Part shown: piece after piece, positions 18,501 to 28,085 of the stretch
Position numbering within the stretch: the stretch's first letter is position 1
How the letters are laid out: every line of letters begins with the position of its first letter
IMG/VR virus record: IMGVR_UViG_3300031862_000640
Reading direction: 5' to 3' (one strand)
From: an uncultured virus (IMG/VR IMGVR_UViG_3300031862_000640)
Lineage: Duplodnaviria; Heunggongvirae; Uroviricota; Caudoviricetes
Length of the DNA stretch: 64,000 nt
Notes under the pieces: generated by a model
Database searches by the model: none
Told to the model about the DNA's origin: nothing
What the model saw: only the letters and a program-made list of their open reading frames with translations
Position numbers and translations under genes: made by a program

Positions 18501-21486
18501 TAGGCGTGTTGCTTGCTCCGTTCAATGTCCTAGCAGTGATTGAGGTTGTTAAACTTGATGTCGTACCAGTTAGAGTTATTGTCGGCTGATACTGTGTTAT
18601 CCAGTTCCAAGTGCAAGTTGAATAAGCATTTATCGTGAAAGAATCTGTACTAGTTGCACCATACGTTCCGCCTGAACTCAAGCTTCCTGTTCCAGTCCAT
18701 CCTGTTGTTTGATAACGAATTCCCGCTCCACCCGAAACAGGTGTAGTAACCGACGAACCCGAACAGCTGGAACCAGCATTATACCAACCTGTCCCCGTTG
18801 GACTGTCATAAGTTGACGACACCAAGAAATACCATTGGTGAGTCATCGTAGCGGTATAGGTTGTGTTTGTTGCTGGTGCTACGTTATGAGGGTTAGCCCC
18901 TGAATCACTCCAAGAAGCCCAAACATATTGTTCCTGGCTTGGGGTTACAATGTAAGGGTCTTGCACTTCAATGCTATGGGAACTACTCGGAGTTATATCA
19001 GTATAGTCGTGTGGTGCTGAATACCATGTTCCGCTGTCAAGCCTAACATTACAGCTAGTGAGAGGGGTAGTTGCAAGGGTTATTGTAATAGGTGGTGGGG
19101 CAACGAACCATAATGCTACTACCTGTCGAGCGTCTATTTTGCAATAATAGGACCCAGCTGTATTTCGTGAGAACCTGCCTTGAACAGTGTGAGAACCAGC
19201 GGATAGCTGCTCGGCATAGCCTGTTGAGGCACTTTGAGGGCCATCTCCTGTATAGCTTTTACTTCTCGAGTTTGCCCTTTCATTATCATCAATTTTTATG
19301 CCATAACATGGGGCGAATGCGGTTGAGTCAACGTCAGTACCCGCCCGTTTTGTTCCCATTGCAACAACTAAAACCTCACGAGTATCACTGGTCGTTCTGC
19401 TAATTGTTGCTTGAGTGTCATCCACCAAAGTCGCTGAGTTTGTGCTCACTTGTGTTGTTGAGGTAATGACATCCATCAGCGTGGAATCTGCTAAAAGCAA
19501 AACTGCAAGTTGACGACTGTCACAAGTGGCAACTGTCTCAGTCGACATACAAGTGGCAATTCTACCTTTCACGGTTGTTTCAACTGCCGATAAGTTCAGA
19601 GCGTGGCAAGTAAACACGCTGTCATAACCTCTCTGACCAGTTCCTGGTGCTTTCTCTGCTTGTCCATAGTCTACCCCAGCTATACTAACAGCTGCTTTTT
19701 TGCCGAGTTCTCCTTGATAGGGTAGTGGCTCATCATCTGGGGTACTTGCTGCATTGTACATGACAAACGCTTTGCATGCTCCAGAGGGCGTGAATGTTGC
19801 TTGAGCGTAAGGGTCATCAACAAAAGATGTTGATGTGGTGTACCACCACGTTGTGTCATCAACATACTCAAACTCATCTCCATCGAAGACCATAATGACG
19901 AGCACCCTGTTACTTATGGTAGCAGTCGAATCAGCAGTGTTACTTGCAAACCTGCCCTTGACGGTGTGACTTCCACTCGCCAACGTTCCAACCCAGAAAA
20001 CCGTGTTTCGGACAGCATTATTCAGACCCCCCGAATCCCAACTTATCGCATGGTCAACCCCGTCAACGCTGATAGCGTTTTGCATACCATTCCCTGGCAT
20101 AGCTGCGCCTTGAATGTTGTTCGCTGCATAAATGGCGAGCACAACCTTTGAAGAGCCTAACAAAAACGTTTGAGAAGCCTGCGTATCGTTTACAAGAGTA
20201 GCTGAAGTTGTTGTTACTGCTGTTTGACTCGAAATCACGTATTTGCTGTTGAAAGTTAGTAAACTAGGTGGCTCAGGTAAAAATGCGAATCTAACATTGT
20301 AGTAACCAGTAGTTGCGTTGTTGGTCAAATATTGTACACCTATAGAGCTCCAATATAGTTGATTATGAGAGCATGTTAATGCGTCATTCCGTGACAAACC
20401 ATTTGTACTCTCATCTATCCAATCTGTTAGAGAAGACCAAGTTCCTCCACTTCTCTGCTTGTAGTAAATGTGGTTAGCTGTTGGTGAACCAGCCCATAAA
20501 CAATAGGTGAGATTTTCGCTTGTGTCAATGGAGATTGCTGGAACAGAATCTGAGGCGACTGAATCTTGTACAAGCTCTTCTGTTTGCCACCCAGCACCAA
20601 TATTGCGTGTGTTGAAGCGAATTTGATAAGTTCCATATCTGAGGTACACAAACTGGACTTCGTCACCTATATTCGAGGCGGAAAAGGAATAGCCGTATGG
20701 TATTGTTGATTGATATGCAATATTGTATGAACTGATTGTTTCTTCAGAACCAAATGTTAAACCATCACTTGAAAGTCGTCCTCTACCAAGCTGATTCTGC
20801 CGGCAATAGACAACATAAACTTTTCCTCCAGTCAACGATATGGGTTCAACTGCCCAACTGACACTATCGGTCGTTGAAAGCTTATATGGAAACCCAGAAG
20901 CTGTACTCCACGTTTCGTTTGTATAGCCGTTTTTAATAACATATGGAAAACTACCAGCAGCACTGGTGTTTTTGTATCCTATCCATACATGTCCACCATC
21001 ATCAACTGTTATACATGGATTAAATGCGGAAACACCAGTACCAATATTAATTGTCTGCTCCGCACCCCAACTAATTGACTCATCTGAGTTAGGACTCCCC
21101 CTGCAATAGTATAAACCTGTAGTACCAGAACCATAATATGTACGGTGAATGAAGGTTCCATCAAAAAAGACCGAAAAATGCCCAGTTAAGGCTTGAAGAA
21201 TGTCATAATCCTGAACAGACCATGACGAACCATCTGTAGAACTTGCATAGCTATACCATTGTTCATATCCATCATCTGGGTCTGAATAAAAAACTCTGTA
21301 ACTGCCATTAGCGTAAACAACATGTTCCTGAAAAGAAAAACGAGTTGCAGAGCTTGACTCTGTGCCGACAACAGTATATGGCGTAGCCGTAGCGTAAACC
21401 TCTAATGGAACATGCTGAAAAACGCTGAGGAATACGATTGCAAGAAGACAAGAGAGAAGAAATGTCGTAATCAGTTTGTTCTTCAT
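15562..21486 (-). CDS. giant modular surface/adhesin protein
   Basis: Signal peptide (start MKNKLI, GGAGG RBS), propeller-like region, three ~130-aa repeats, Ig-like repeats ending IWD, C-terminal TM plus basic tail. Confidence 0.8.
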   Translation of the reverse strand: MKNKLITTFLLSCLLAIVFLSVFQHVPLEVYATATPYTVVGTESSSATRFSFQEHVVYANGSYRVFYSDPDDGYEQWYSYASSTDGSSWSVQDYDILQALTGHFSVFFDGTFIHRTYYGSGTTGLYYCRGSPNSDESISWGAEQTINIGTGVSAFNPCITVDDGGHVWIGYKNTSAAGSFPYVIKNGYTNETWSTASGFPYKLSTTDSVSWAVEPISLTGGKVYVVYCRQNQLGRGRLSSDGLTFGSEETISSYNIAYQSTIPYGYSFSASNIGDEVQFVYLRYGTYQIRFNTRNIGAGWQTEELVQDSVASDSVPAISIDTSENLTYCLWAGSPTANHIYYKQRSGGTWSSLTDWIDESTNGLSRNDALTCSHNQLYWSSIGVQYLTNNATTGYYNVRFAFLPEPPSLLTFNSKYVISSQTAVTTTSATLVNDTQASQTFLLGSSKVVLAIYAANNIQGAAMPGNGMQNAISVDGVDHAISWDSGGLNNAVRNTVFWVGTLASGSHTVKGRFASNTADSTATISNRVLVIMVFDGDEFEYVDDTTWWYTTSTSFVDDPYAQATFTPSGACKAFVMYNAASTPDDEPLPYQGELGKKAAVSIAGVDYGQAEKAPGTGQRGYDSVFTCHALNLSAVETTVKGRIATCMSTETVATCDSRQLAVLLLADSTLMDVITSTTQVSTNSATLVDDTQATISRTTSDTREVLVVAMGTKRAGTDVDSTAFAPCYGIKIDDNERANSRSKSYTGDGPQSASTGYAEQLSAGSHTVQGRFSRNTAGSYYCKIDARQVVALWFVAPPPITITLATTPLTSCNVRLDSGTWYSAPHDYTDITPSSSHSIEVQDPYIVTPSQEQYVWASWSDSGANPHNVAPATNTTYTATMTHQWYFLVSSTYDSPTGTGWYNAGSSCSGSSVTTPVSGGAGIRYQTTGWTGTGSLSSGGTYGATSTDSFTINAYSTCTWNWITQYQPTITLTGTTSSLTTSITARTLNGASNTPSGLYTSWSDWCDSGTTLTFNDVNTGGGSATERLHTVSTRSWTVSSAFSATITYIHQWKPSITLGGTLSGDTVDITVRTLDGSSATVSGLYTSWNDWCDDSTTLTFSATSTSGKQCRSTTARSWTVSSAFSATPIWDRIHIDSLGLSDTRINANGVETSTLYATASLEYDSHALGSGDSLTISGLALSWVAGNSRFEGTTVSSSSVTSTTYNAFTSGNEATHGITAGNINSKTATIIWDKLQVQSYSVSDSRDNINDAVTIDALIWFDYDDTVCTTATITINGYSATHQGSGVYRLTRTSSTVTSVTYNTVACSAESSYGITTVDQNSKSAAVIWDRVVISILANSTNPDAGQTIHSIITATYEYGGAHVISWTVNILRNGTHFAAGNFTDYSAGNAIYHYTTENVTENTYGLTVYTTNTLTVVWANLFVEIDQINIADSRINIGTQALAYYHCRWSSNLTSCTTGTLYVNGTNFSINGTGWATATFTFGTVTKKVLAITDVNVDGVTSYGQIPADPEIIWDEANVYYFTVDHPRVDINSTVEVRVSAMLSFDSYAFGSGDTVKVNGTTLTWDAVNNWFEVSFSKSTIGQWTFTVTSVQESIYTITSFSVSVSAPTAIWDKARIYYEALNISRVDITAPIEFRVKGLLLFDNTPLGSGDVITANFGLLTWDATHGWFKSSRTQASVGNYTFTVSSLNQAYGITVFEINVTNPTAIWDRLSISFSASATNPKGGQTVNINWTINRQYDNSIVTSFVLNVTQDAAIWLQNWTTHGQIIFASGGVWHTFDCSEIVDNTYNLTSFVSTSITVFWIWTAPVSPPGGPLTPSQIAPVTFYGSLVSLGSVARGQQIYISFTITWVGANQITVTNMSFIGPDWSVTFPQLPKTFDRELGMDNGTATLIILVIVPDTVSLGSQQITVIVTAEGGIPPSQSQVNCIAQFTVALPPIQSSPYTIQTIVGATLAVGLGSVLFIGTRKKKSPV

Positions 21487-21490
21487 TTGC

Positions 21491-21742
21491 TTACTTCCTC
21501 CTTTTGGGAAAGACGCGTGGTAGCACATACGATACAATATACAGGAAGTAAACGACTGCGTAACCTGCAACTCCAGCTTCAAACCAGCGGACCGCAAGAT
21601 TGTCCTCAACCGTAAGGCAGTAGCCATGTACCGTGATGGAAAAGAAAGTAATAGCCATTAGAGAAACAGCCCCTAGGAGGCTGAGAATCCCGAAAACGTG
21701 AAACAGTATATGCTTCTTGTTCAGATCAAAGTGAGATTTCAT
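21491..21742 (-). CDS. small two-TM protein
   Basis: Two hydrophobic segments, basic tail. Confidence 0.55.
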   Translation of the reverse strand: MKSHFDLNKKHILFHVFGILSLLGAVSLMAITFFSITVHGYCLTVEDNLAVRWFEAGVAGYAVVYFLYIVSYVLPRVFPKRRK

Positions 21743-21852
21743 CTTATAGCACCCTTTAGCACCCGTTGATGCTCATTTTACTCTCTTCCCTATTAAAGTC
21801 TATGCCATCAACTAAGAAATACACAGCATCCTTCGACAAAGAAAAAGAATGG

Positions 21853-22680
21853 TTATTTGAGTTTTCCTCTCTTTCGTGGTAGAACTGCAAAGGCGACTGC
21901 GACGACTGTTATTCCTATAAGGCCGAGATCTAAAGAATTTAGTGGTGGTGTAGGTTCAGGTGATGGTGTAGGTTCAGGTGATGGTGTTATTATTGGTGGT
22001 GTTGTATATGTATTGACTATTATAAGTTGACTATTGCAACCTTTGTAGGCAGCGTCACCACCAAACGTTACACATAATTGATATATTCTATCAACATGGA
22101 TAATACTTACGCTAAAAGTGTAACTGCCTGCTGTTGTTGTTGTTGTAGTCGGCTCAGGTGGTAGTAGCACCTGACTATACAAGTTGACAGTTTTACCGCC
22201 GACTGGATTTCCAGTCTCGTCGATCAGCGTACCCGTGACTGCGATGTCAAATGGCACAACTCCAGATGAAGGATTAACGTTAATCGAAATTGAAGTTCGA
22301 ATCTTCGCATATTTGAGGTAAACTACTACTCCTTGGCTTGGAGGTACACCAAAAAATTGAGGGATATAATCTGTGGCTTCAACTCGCCATGAATCTGGAG
22401 TATACCCATTTGTGTCTATTGTAGTTACGCCATAACCGTTGGTGTGCCCCTGGAAATACACGTTAGCAATGAAAATGCCACCCACATATTTTAACGCTAT
22501 TAAAGTTATTTCTGCACCTACGACAGGCAACTGTGTGTCTGCATCAAGAACACTTATCTGATAAGTTGCCGCATTTACAGAGACAATCAATGTTGAGAGA
22601 GATATGCCTATTATAGACAATATTGCTATACATATGAGCGCGCTAGCGAATAATGTTTTTACCTTCGTTTTTTCAGACAT
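21853..22680 (-). CDS. membrane-anchored Ig-like surface protein
   Basis: Signal peptide, two beta domains, PSPEPT linker repeat, C-terminal TM. Confidence 0.7.
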   Translation of the reverse strand: MSEKTKVKTLFASALICIAILSIIGISLSTLIVSVNAATYQISVLDADTQLPVVGAEITLIALKYVGGIFIANVYFQGHTNGYGVTTIDTNGYTPDSWRVEATDYIPQFFGVPPSQGVVVYLKYAKIRTSISINVNPSSGVVPFDIAVTGTLIDETGNPVGGKTVNLYSQVLLPPEPTTTTTTAGSYTFSVSIIHVDRIYQLCVTFGGDAAYKGCNSQLIIVNTYTTPPIITPSPEPTPSPEPTPPLNSLDLGLIGITVVAVAFAVLPRKRGKLK

Positions 22681-22778
22681 GGTTATTCACTTGCCTAGCT
22701 GTATAATAAATATCCACTTTTTTGGTGACGTGACCTCAATGAGATGGTAATGAGCGCGAGGTTGAAGACCGCGCTTAT

Positions 22779-23240
22779 TTAAACCCTCCAAGGAAGCTTT
22801 GCCCTAACAAGGAGTATGGCAGCAGCTGTTGTTATGGCTGTAAAAGCTATCATCATTTGAGTGGTACACGTTCCAAATACTTTGTATAGTGGCATCCATG
22901 TCCAGTCCCCCGTTGGAAATTGACCCTTTCCCCATACGCCAAAATAAATCAGGTCTTGACCTCCAGGTAACACAAAGGCTTCCAACACTATGCATAGCTT
23001 CCAAGACCGTGAAAAAAGATAGACCCACACAATAGTCATTTGAAACAACAGAAAATAAATCAATTGATAAATTACACCCCAACTCTCGCTATACCGTAGA
23101 CCATACGCGGTAAAGTCGCAATTAATCAGATAGTCAATTCTGGTAAATAGAAGAGTTGCAAAAATGAACACTGCAATCGCTATGTCGCCTCTTGAGAGTT
23201 CGCCGCCTGAGACTATCGCAGGTTTCTGCTTCTTGCGCAT
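22779..23240 (-). CDS. 153-aa membrane protein, copy A
   Basis: Close paralogue of 43126-43587; QDLIYF..W motif. Confidence 0.8.
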   Translation of the reverse strand: MRKKQKPAIVSGGELSRGDIAIAVFIFATLLFTRIDYLINCDFTAYGLRYSESWGVIYQLIYFLLFQMTIVWVYLFSRSWKLCIVLEAFVLPGGQDLIYFGVWGKGQFPTGDWTWMPLYKVFGTCTTQMMIAFTAITTAAAILLVRAKLPWRV

Positions 23241-24082
23241 CTTACTTCCTCCTTTTGTTGGGAAACCCTATTCTTTTGCCTAGTCACATTATAAATAATG
23301 AGGGCGAGGTTGAAGACCGCATATCCAATATAGAATGTTAAGGCTCCAGGAGTGAGCATCAGCCAGCCCATTCCTGTTGCTGTGACGACTATGACGTTGT
23401 ATGTTCCGTGCACCGTTATGGCGGCTAAGAGACTCTGGGTTTTCCATAGTATTGCAAAGATTATGATCCCAGCAACCCACGCGGCTAAGACGAGCTGCCA
23501 GATCAGAGGTCCTAGATAGGCGACGTACGCGTGAAGTACTGACCAGAATGAGATGGGTGCAAGAACACTGACCCACTTATTGTATTTATCGTTTTCAGGA
23601 TAACGGCTGGCAAGGTAAATGTATAATGCGTTGTGTCCTACGAGTTTTGTGGTTTCCTCACTGTTAGCCACTAAAGCAAAATTGGTGAGAACTGTCATGA
23701 TGAAAAGTGTGACGTCAAAGTGTACAAAGTCAAGGTTCATCTGTGCAAAAGTCGGAACGTATATGGCGGTTGTCGTCCACGGACGAGAGATTACAGCCGC
23801 GAAGACGAATACGCCTATGATGGCCAGCAATATCGTTATTCCATCTTTGCCGCTAAGATTTTCGACGTAGTTCACAAGATTGCGGGTATCCTGATAATGC
23901 ACGAAGATGAGTATCAAGGCAATCCAGTTGAGCGACAGCAGAATCGTGTAAAAGATGACCTGCGTCTGCATAGCCGAGTTTCCGCTGGAAGCTGCCTGCA
24001 ACCACGAGTGGGCAGTAATGTATGCGGTAAGAGCTTCAAACAGTATGAACGCAGCGACATCCTTCGTGGTATGCGTGCTCGT
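23213..24082 (-). CDS. CPBP/CAAX (Abi-family) intramembrane protease
   Basis: EET.K, FWSVLH and AAITVHGTYN motifs; frame open upstream to ACG at 24082. Confidence 0.8.
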   Translation of the reverse strand, partial: TSTHTTKDVAAFILFEALTAYITAHSWLQAASSGNSAMQTQVIFYTILLSLNWIALILIFVHYQDTRNLVNYVENLSGKDGITILLAIIGVFVFAAVISRPWTTTAIYVPTFAQMNLDFVHFDVTLFIMTVLTNFALVANSEETTKLVGHNALYIYLASRYPENDKYNKWVSVLAPISFWSVLHAYVAYLGPLIWQLVLAAWVAGIIIFAILWKTQSLLAAITVHGTYNVIVVTATGMGWLMLTPGALTFYIGYAVFNLALIIYNVTRQKNRVSQQKEEVRCARSRNLR

Positions 24083-24122
24083 AAACTATCACCAAGAAAG
24101 AAATATGTAGATAAATGATATT

Positions 24123-24166
24123 AGAAAAAGCGAGGGTTGACGCCGGGAGGGCGAGCAAGCCCTCGT
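24123..24166 (-). terminator. hairpin plus U-tract after the putative major structural gene
   Basis: CGAGGG...CCCTCG stem followed by TTTTTCT on the minus strand. Confidence 0.6.
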
Positions 24167-24173
24167 TGGGGGT

Positions 24174-25277
24174 TTATGCGTAGGTGATCTGTTGCGTTGT
24201 GGACTCTATGACGACTGTCTGCGCATAGTTTAGTTCGTAGACATTGACTGTCCATACGATTTCATTGTCAGAAGCCAAAGATGTTTGAATGCCGAAAGTA
24301 AGGTCTTGTTTGTCAAAGCTGTTCTGTGGATACTCCCAGAGTAGGGCATTTGAAAGGTCAGTTGCTATTGTGTAGGTCCAGATTTGGTATGTGTCAGTCA
24401 ACTGGTATCCGGCGCTACTTGCTTGATAGTTCCCTTTGCCAGGTATGTTCACGCTAATAAGAGATGCTAGGGAAGGCAATGTAGTGTTGCACTTGATTTC
24501 AATCTTGGTGACAGCTACGCCTGTCTTCACTGTGCCCATAGTCATGTATGGCGCGAAATATGAGATTTTCGAAGCCGCTGTTGCACCTGTAATGTTTGCT
24601 CCTCGGGTTATAGAAGCCGAAGCCGAGATTTCGTCGAGATAATAGCCTGTGAACGTAGTTGATGGATAGCCGCTTGCAGCTGCAGGCACGTTAGCCATGT
24701 TCCACTTTATCATTACTTCCTTAAGGTTGTCACCATTTGCATCCACAAATTGTGAGCCTACGGCTCTGGCGTTCATAGCGAGAACTTTGGCGATGTCTGG
24801 AATGTATGTTTGAGTGCTGTATGGCTGCATCATGACGTAGACGTATCCTTGGTCCGCGTCGGTAACTTCCACGTTCGTTCCAGAGCCGCCGTGCGCACCT
24901 AGCAGTATCCAGTTTGCGCTTCTGTACGCCCAGAAACTCTGGACAACGTCTGTTGCCGTCAGACCTGCGGAAATGTCCAAAGTATTGTAGGCGGTGTCAA
25001 ACATTGAGAAGGTGCCCCGAACACCATATACCGGAGGAGCTGTCGTTGGTTGCCAGCCTGTAACAGTGAATGTGTACCATGCGTTCATGTCTGTTCTGAA
25101 AAACGTTTGTCCTATCAGTGGATTAAATGGAAAGATTGTGCCGCTTGTTGATGGCTGTTGTGCTCCTGGAGCTGGATAACCTATTCCAGAGAACGCATTG
25201 TTGTAATACGCGAAGACAATAGCGAGCACTAAAACTGCGACGAGTCCTACCTTATGTACGTCCTTCATTCTGTTCAA
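24174..25277 (-). CDS. secreted beta-rich protein, candidate major envelope/structural protein
   Basis: N-terminal TM, Ala/Thr/Gly-rich, own terminator, within membrane-protein block. Confidence 0.5.
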   Translation of the reverse strand: MNRMKDVHKVGLVAVLVLAIVFAYYNNAFSGIGYPAPGAQQPSTSGTIFPFNPLIGQTFFRTDMNAWYTFTVTGWQPTTAPPVYGVRGTFSMFDTAYNTLDISAGLTATDVVQSFWAYRSANWILLGAHGGSGTNVEVTDADQGYVYVMMQPYSTQTYIPDIAKVLAMNARAVGSQFVDANGDNLKEVMIKWNMANVPAAASGYPSTTFTGYYLDEISASASITRGANITGATAASKISYFAPYMTMGTVKTGVAVTKIEIKCNTTLPSLASLISVNIPGKGNYQASSAGYQLTDTYQIWTYTIATDLSNALLWEYPQNSFDKQDLTFGIQTSLASDNEIVWTVNVYELNYAQTVVIESTTQQITYA

Positions 25278-25297
25278 GTCTCCTACTTAAATAATAT

Positions 25298-25942
25298 CTA
25301 TGTGAAGGCAAATGTTCCGCCGAGCGTGTTTAGGGTCAAAAGTGCCCCGAGAACCGCCAACGCAAGCAGGTAAACATGGTATTTCTGTGCTTTTTCGTTT
25401 TCCGCCACACCAGCACCCAAGAATCTTAGTGCCGAGTAGCCTGCAAAGAGCAACAGTCCAACATGATAGACTATGTTTTGCCAAAGCAGAACGTTCATGT
25501 TGTTCTGCAACCAGACCAATGAGAATAGAACCCAAATAAACATTGGTACAACTGCAAGCAATCCTGCTTGTGCGTCTCGTATTCCGAGAAAGTCGATTCC
25601 GAAGCCATCCTGCTCGTTTAAGCAGTAAACAGCAACAATGCCAATGATGCTGATCCACAAAGCCGCGTTTGAGTCGAATGTAGTCAACGAAATTATGACA
25701 GGCATAGACCCGACGATTGCGCCGATTATCATTGCCCAAATATTCGGTTGTTTTGTCTTCCCCTCCGCTGCCGCTCTGATGTATAGCATTTCACCGATGG
25801 TTATGGCAGACAGAGCATAGATTATTCCAGTTGAGAAGCCAGCCTTGGCAGGTGTCACGATGAAGTATGCGATGAACCCAAAGCTTACGCCTAATAGTAG
25901 CCATAGTGTATGCTGATTCTTCCATGACAGTTTTTCTTCCAT
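25298..25942 (-). CDS. multi-pass membrane protein
   Basis: About 7 hydrophobic segments; TATTTCT element upstream. Confidence 0.7.
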   Translation of the reverse strand: MEEKLSWKNQHTLWLLLGVSFGFIAYFIVTPAKAGFSTGIIYALSAITIGEMLYIRAAAEGKTKQPNIWAMIIGAIVGSMPVIISLTTFDSNAALWISIIGIVAVYCLNEQDGFGIDFLGIRDAQAGLLAVVPMFIWVLFSLVWLQNNMNVLLWQNIVYHVGLLLFAGYSALRFLGAGVAENEKAQKYHVYLLALAVLGALLTLNTLGGTFAFT

Positions 25943-25987
25943 TCTGTTGCCTCACAATAGAAATATCCGTGAGAAAAAGAAGGAAAG

Positions 25988-28018
25988 TTAGCGAATCCTA
26001 CGGGAAACTGATTGTTTTTGGGAAACTGGTGATTTTCGCTTGGCCAACACTACGACGGACGCGGCCATTACAGCAATCACGGAGCCGACGACGATCCATT
26101 CCCATGGAATCGTGGAGGGTGGTGGTGCCCCTTGTCTCACGAGGCTCACGGTTACTTCCTTGGGTATCCCAGGAGCCACGCTTACAGTTTGGAATGATGC
26201 TTTATACGTGAATGTTTCCATAGTCGAAATCGACACGTCTCCCGAGTATGGCACGCCGCTGGTTGCCAAAGTCCATTGTATCACGCCATATTGGTCTGAG
26301 AAACCTGATTGCGTAGTTCCGCCTGTCGCTGGATACTGTATTTGAACGCTAATTCCGGAAACCCATAGGTTGCCAGTCTTCAGTGGGTCGATAACCGTGA
26401 TTCTCAGTAAGGTTTGCTGAACGTTGAACTTCTTTGCTATGCCAGTCACGGAGTCTTCGCCCGTCAGGGTGTTGCTGTACATTTCATAGCATTGAACCGT
26501 AACCTTAAACTCGATGTCCGCAGGCACTCCAGCGTTTGTCACATCGAAATAAACGATTACGCTCTCGCCCGGACTAAGTGTTTCGGTTCTCTGCGAAGGC
26601 CAGACTGCTAATTGTGGAATGTTGACGCTCGCGTAGACTCGAACTGAGCTTTTTACACTTGACATTTGGGTTAATGTACATACAATTTTGTCGTTTACTA
26701 TTAGGTTAGGTTGGTATTTCGTGCCTGTGCTTGCCCAAACAAGCGCTGGTTGCACGTTAGAGATTTGTGGTCTGTCAACCCATGTGTCAGCGAGTTCTGT
26801 TGGAACACGGAAGGTGATGAGTGGAACGCCGTAAGCGCCCCATGGAATGTTGACCTTAACTTGCATGTTTACAGTGTCCAATATCCAACTGTCGAACGTT
26901 TGGAAAAGACCTGTTGCCAAGTTTGCAACCCCTTTGAACTCAAGAAACTCTGTCAAGGAATAGTAAGCTCTTTTGTCAGCGGGCAGTTGGCTCTTGTCTG
27001 CCGGGAAAATCACTGGTGCTATTGGATCTCTCTTGTATGTCCATGTGTCATCTGATGCTTTCCATCCCCCGTAACGGTCTGTATCAATCATGCTAACCCC
27101 GCCCCACACAGTGCCTACAGCTGGCTTGTATCCTGCAGGCGGCATCCACGCATAGTATTTTGCCGCCCACCTGTAATATTGTCCGTACCAGTAGAGTGAA
27201 TAGGCGTCTGATGAACCGTCGCGGATGCGTTCAAGTTGATCTCCGATAAGTAAAGCTGGGTCGAAACTGACTCCTTTGTCGTAGGAAATGTATCGGAACG
27301 CTGAAGCCATGTCATAAGCGTAGTCGTGGCTGAAGAAAGCCATCTGTCCCATTATTGGCACTTGAGGTTCCGTGTAGACGCCGCTCAAGTAGCCGAGGTT
27401 TTCAATTCTTATGGCTTTGCCTATTGAGGGAACGGGTATTATTGCGGTCGTCTGGTTTCCACCATTGTCTAATTGCACATGCGCAACTTCCACGCCATCT
27501 TTCAAGATAGTAACCCAGAAAGGCGTGTGAACTTCCCAGCCAGTTTCAGCCCAATCATAGGTTATTGCATTGACTGCCTGTGCGTCTGCCTCGCCTGGCG
27601 TTGCCCCGCCGTTAGGTAGGATTTTGTTCATCCAGCTTCGATAAGTCAGCGGTGTCACTTGGTAGGGTACTGCGCGGATTCTCCGAAGCAGATATGGCAG
27701 ATCGGGATCCACTCTGATTTCTATTGATGCTCCAGTGTGAAAAGTGTAGCCTGTTCCGTTAACGGTTTCGGTGTCTGTTTGATTAACTGGCACCGTGAAA
27801 CCTGCGAGGTCGTCGGAAGCTGATAAGGCTGTGGTCATCGCCCAGAAACTTCCCTTCCACATACCATTTGCGTCTGGATAGCCTTGAGGGTCAACTTCTA
27901 TTTTTTGCACAGTAATCCATGTGAGTCCTTGGTAAGTTTCAAGGTAGTAGACTGCCGCTCCAAGAAGTATGACGAGAAGCACTACTGTAATGAACTTCTT
28001 TTGTTGGTCATTCTGCAT
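25988..28018 (-). CDS. spike-like membrane protein, paralogue 1
   Basis: N- and C-terminal TMs; shares GxWxGSxW, WExHTPF and TELAD blocks with 28667-31222; start MQNDQQ after AGGAG. Confidence 0.75.
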   Translation of the reverse strand: MQNDQQKKFITVVLLVILLGAAVYYLETYQGLTWITVQKIEVDPQGYPDANGMWKGSFWAMTTALSASDDLAGFTVPVNQTDTETVNGTGYTFHTGASIEIRVDPDLPYLLRRIRAVPYQVTPLTYRSWMNKILPNGGATPGEADAQAVNAITYDWAETGWEVHTPFWVTILKDGVEVAHVQLDNGGNQTTAIIPVPSIGKAIRIENLGYLSGVYTEPQVPIMGQMAFFSHDYAYDMASAFRYISYDKGVSFDPALLIGDQLERIRDGSSDAYSLYWYGQYYRWAAKYYAWMPPAGYKPAVGTVWGGVSMIDTDRYGGWKASDDTWTYKRDPIAPVIFPADKSQLPADKRAYYSLTEFLEFKGVANLATGLFQTFDSWILDTVNMQVKVNIPWGAYGVPLITFRVPTELADTWVDRPQISNVQPALVWASTGTKYQPNLIVNDKIVCTLTQMSSVKSSVRVYASVNIPQLAVWPSQRTETLSPGESVIVYFDVTNAGVPADIEFKVTVQCYEMYSNTLTGEDSVTGIAKKFNVQQTLLRITVIDPLKTGNLWVSGISVQIQYPATGGTTQSGFSDQYGVIQWTLATSGVPYSGDVSISTMETFTYKASFQTVSVAPGIPKEVTVSLVRQGAPPPSTIPWEWIVVGSVIAVMAASVVVLAKRKSPVSQKQSVSRRIR

Positions 28019-28085
28019 TTGTAATCTCCTAACTATGAAATATGCGTCTCTCAGCGATATTTCTTGTGCAGAAGGTGAACCATAA

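Noticed and set aside
21487..21627. Longer N-termini in the ORF track (also 28019-28150, 44930-45031, 46531-46617)
   Set aside because: They overlap neighbouring genes or promoters; downstream starts have an RBS, promoter element or signal peptide.
21946..21986. 18-bp tandem repeat
   Set aside because: Encodes an ordinary PSPEPT linker.
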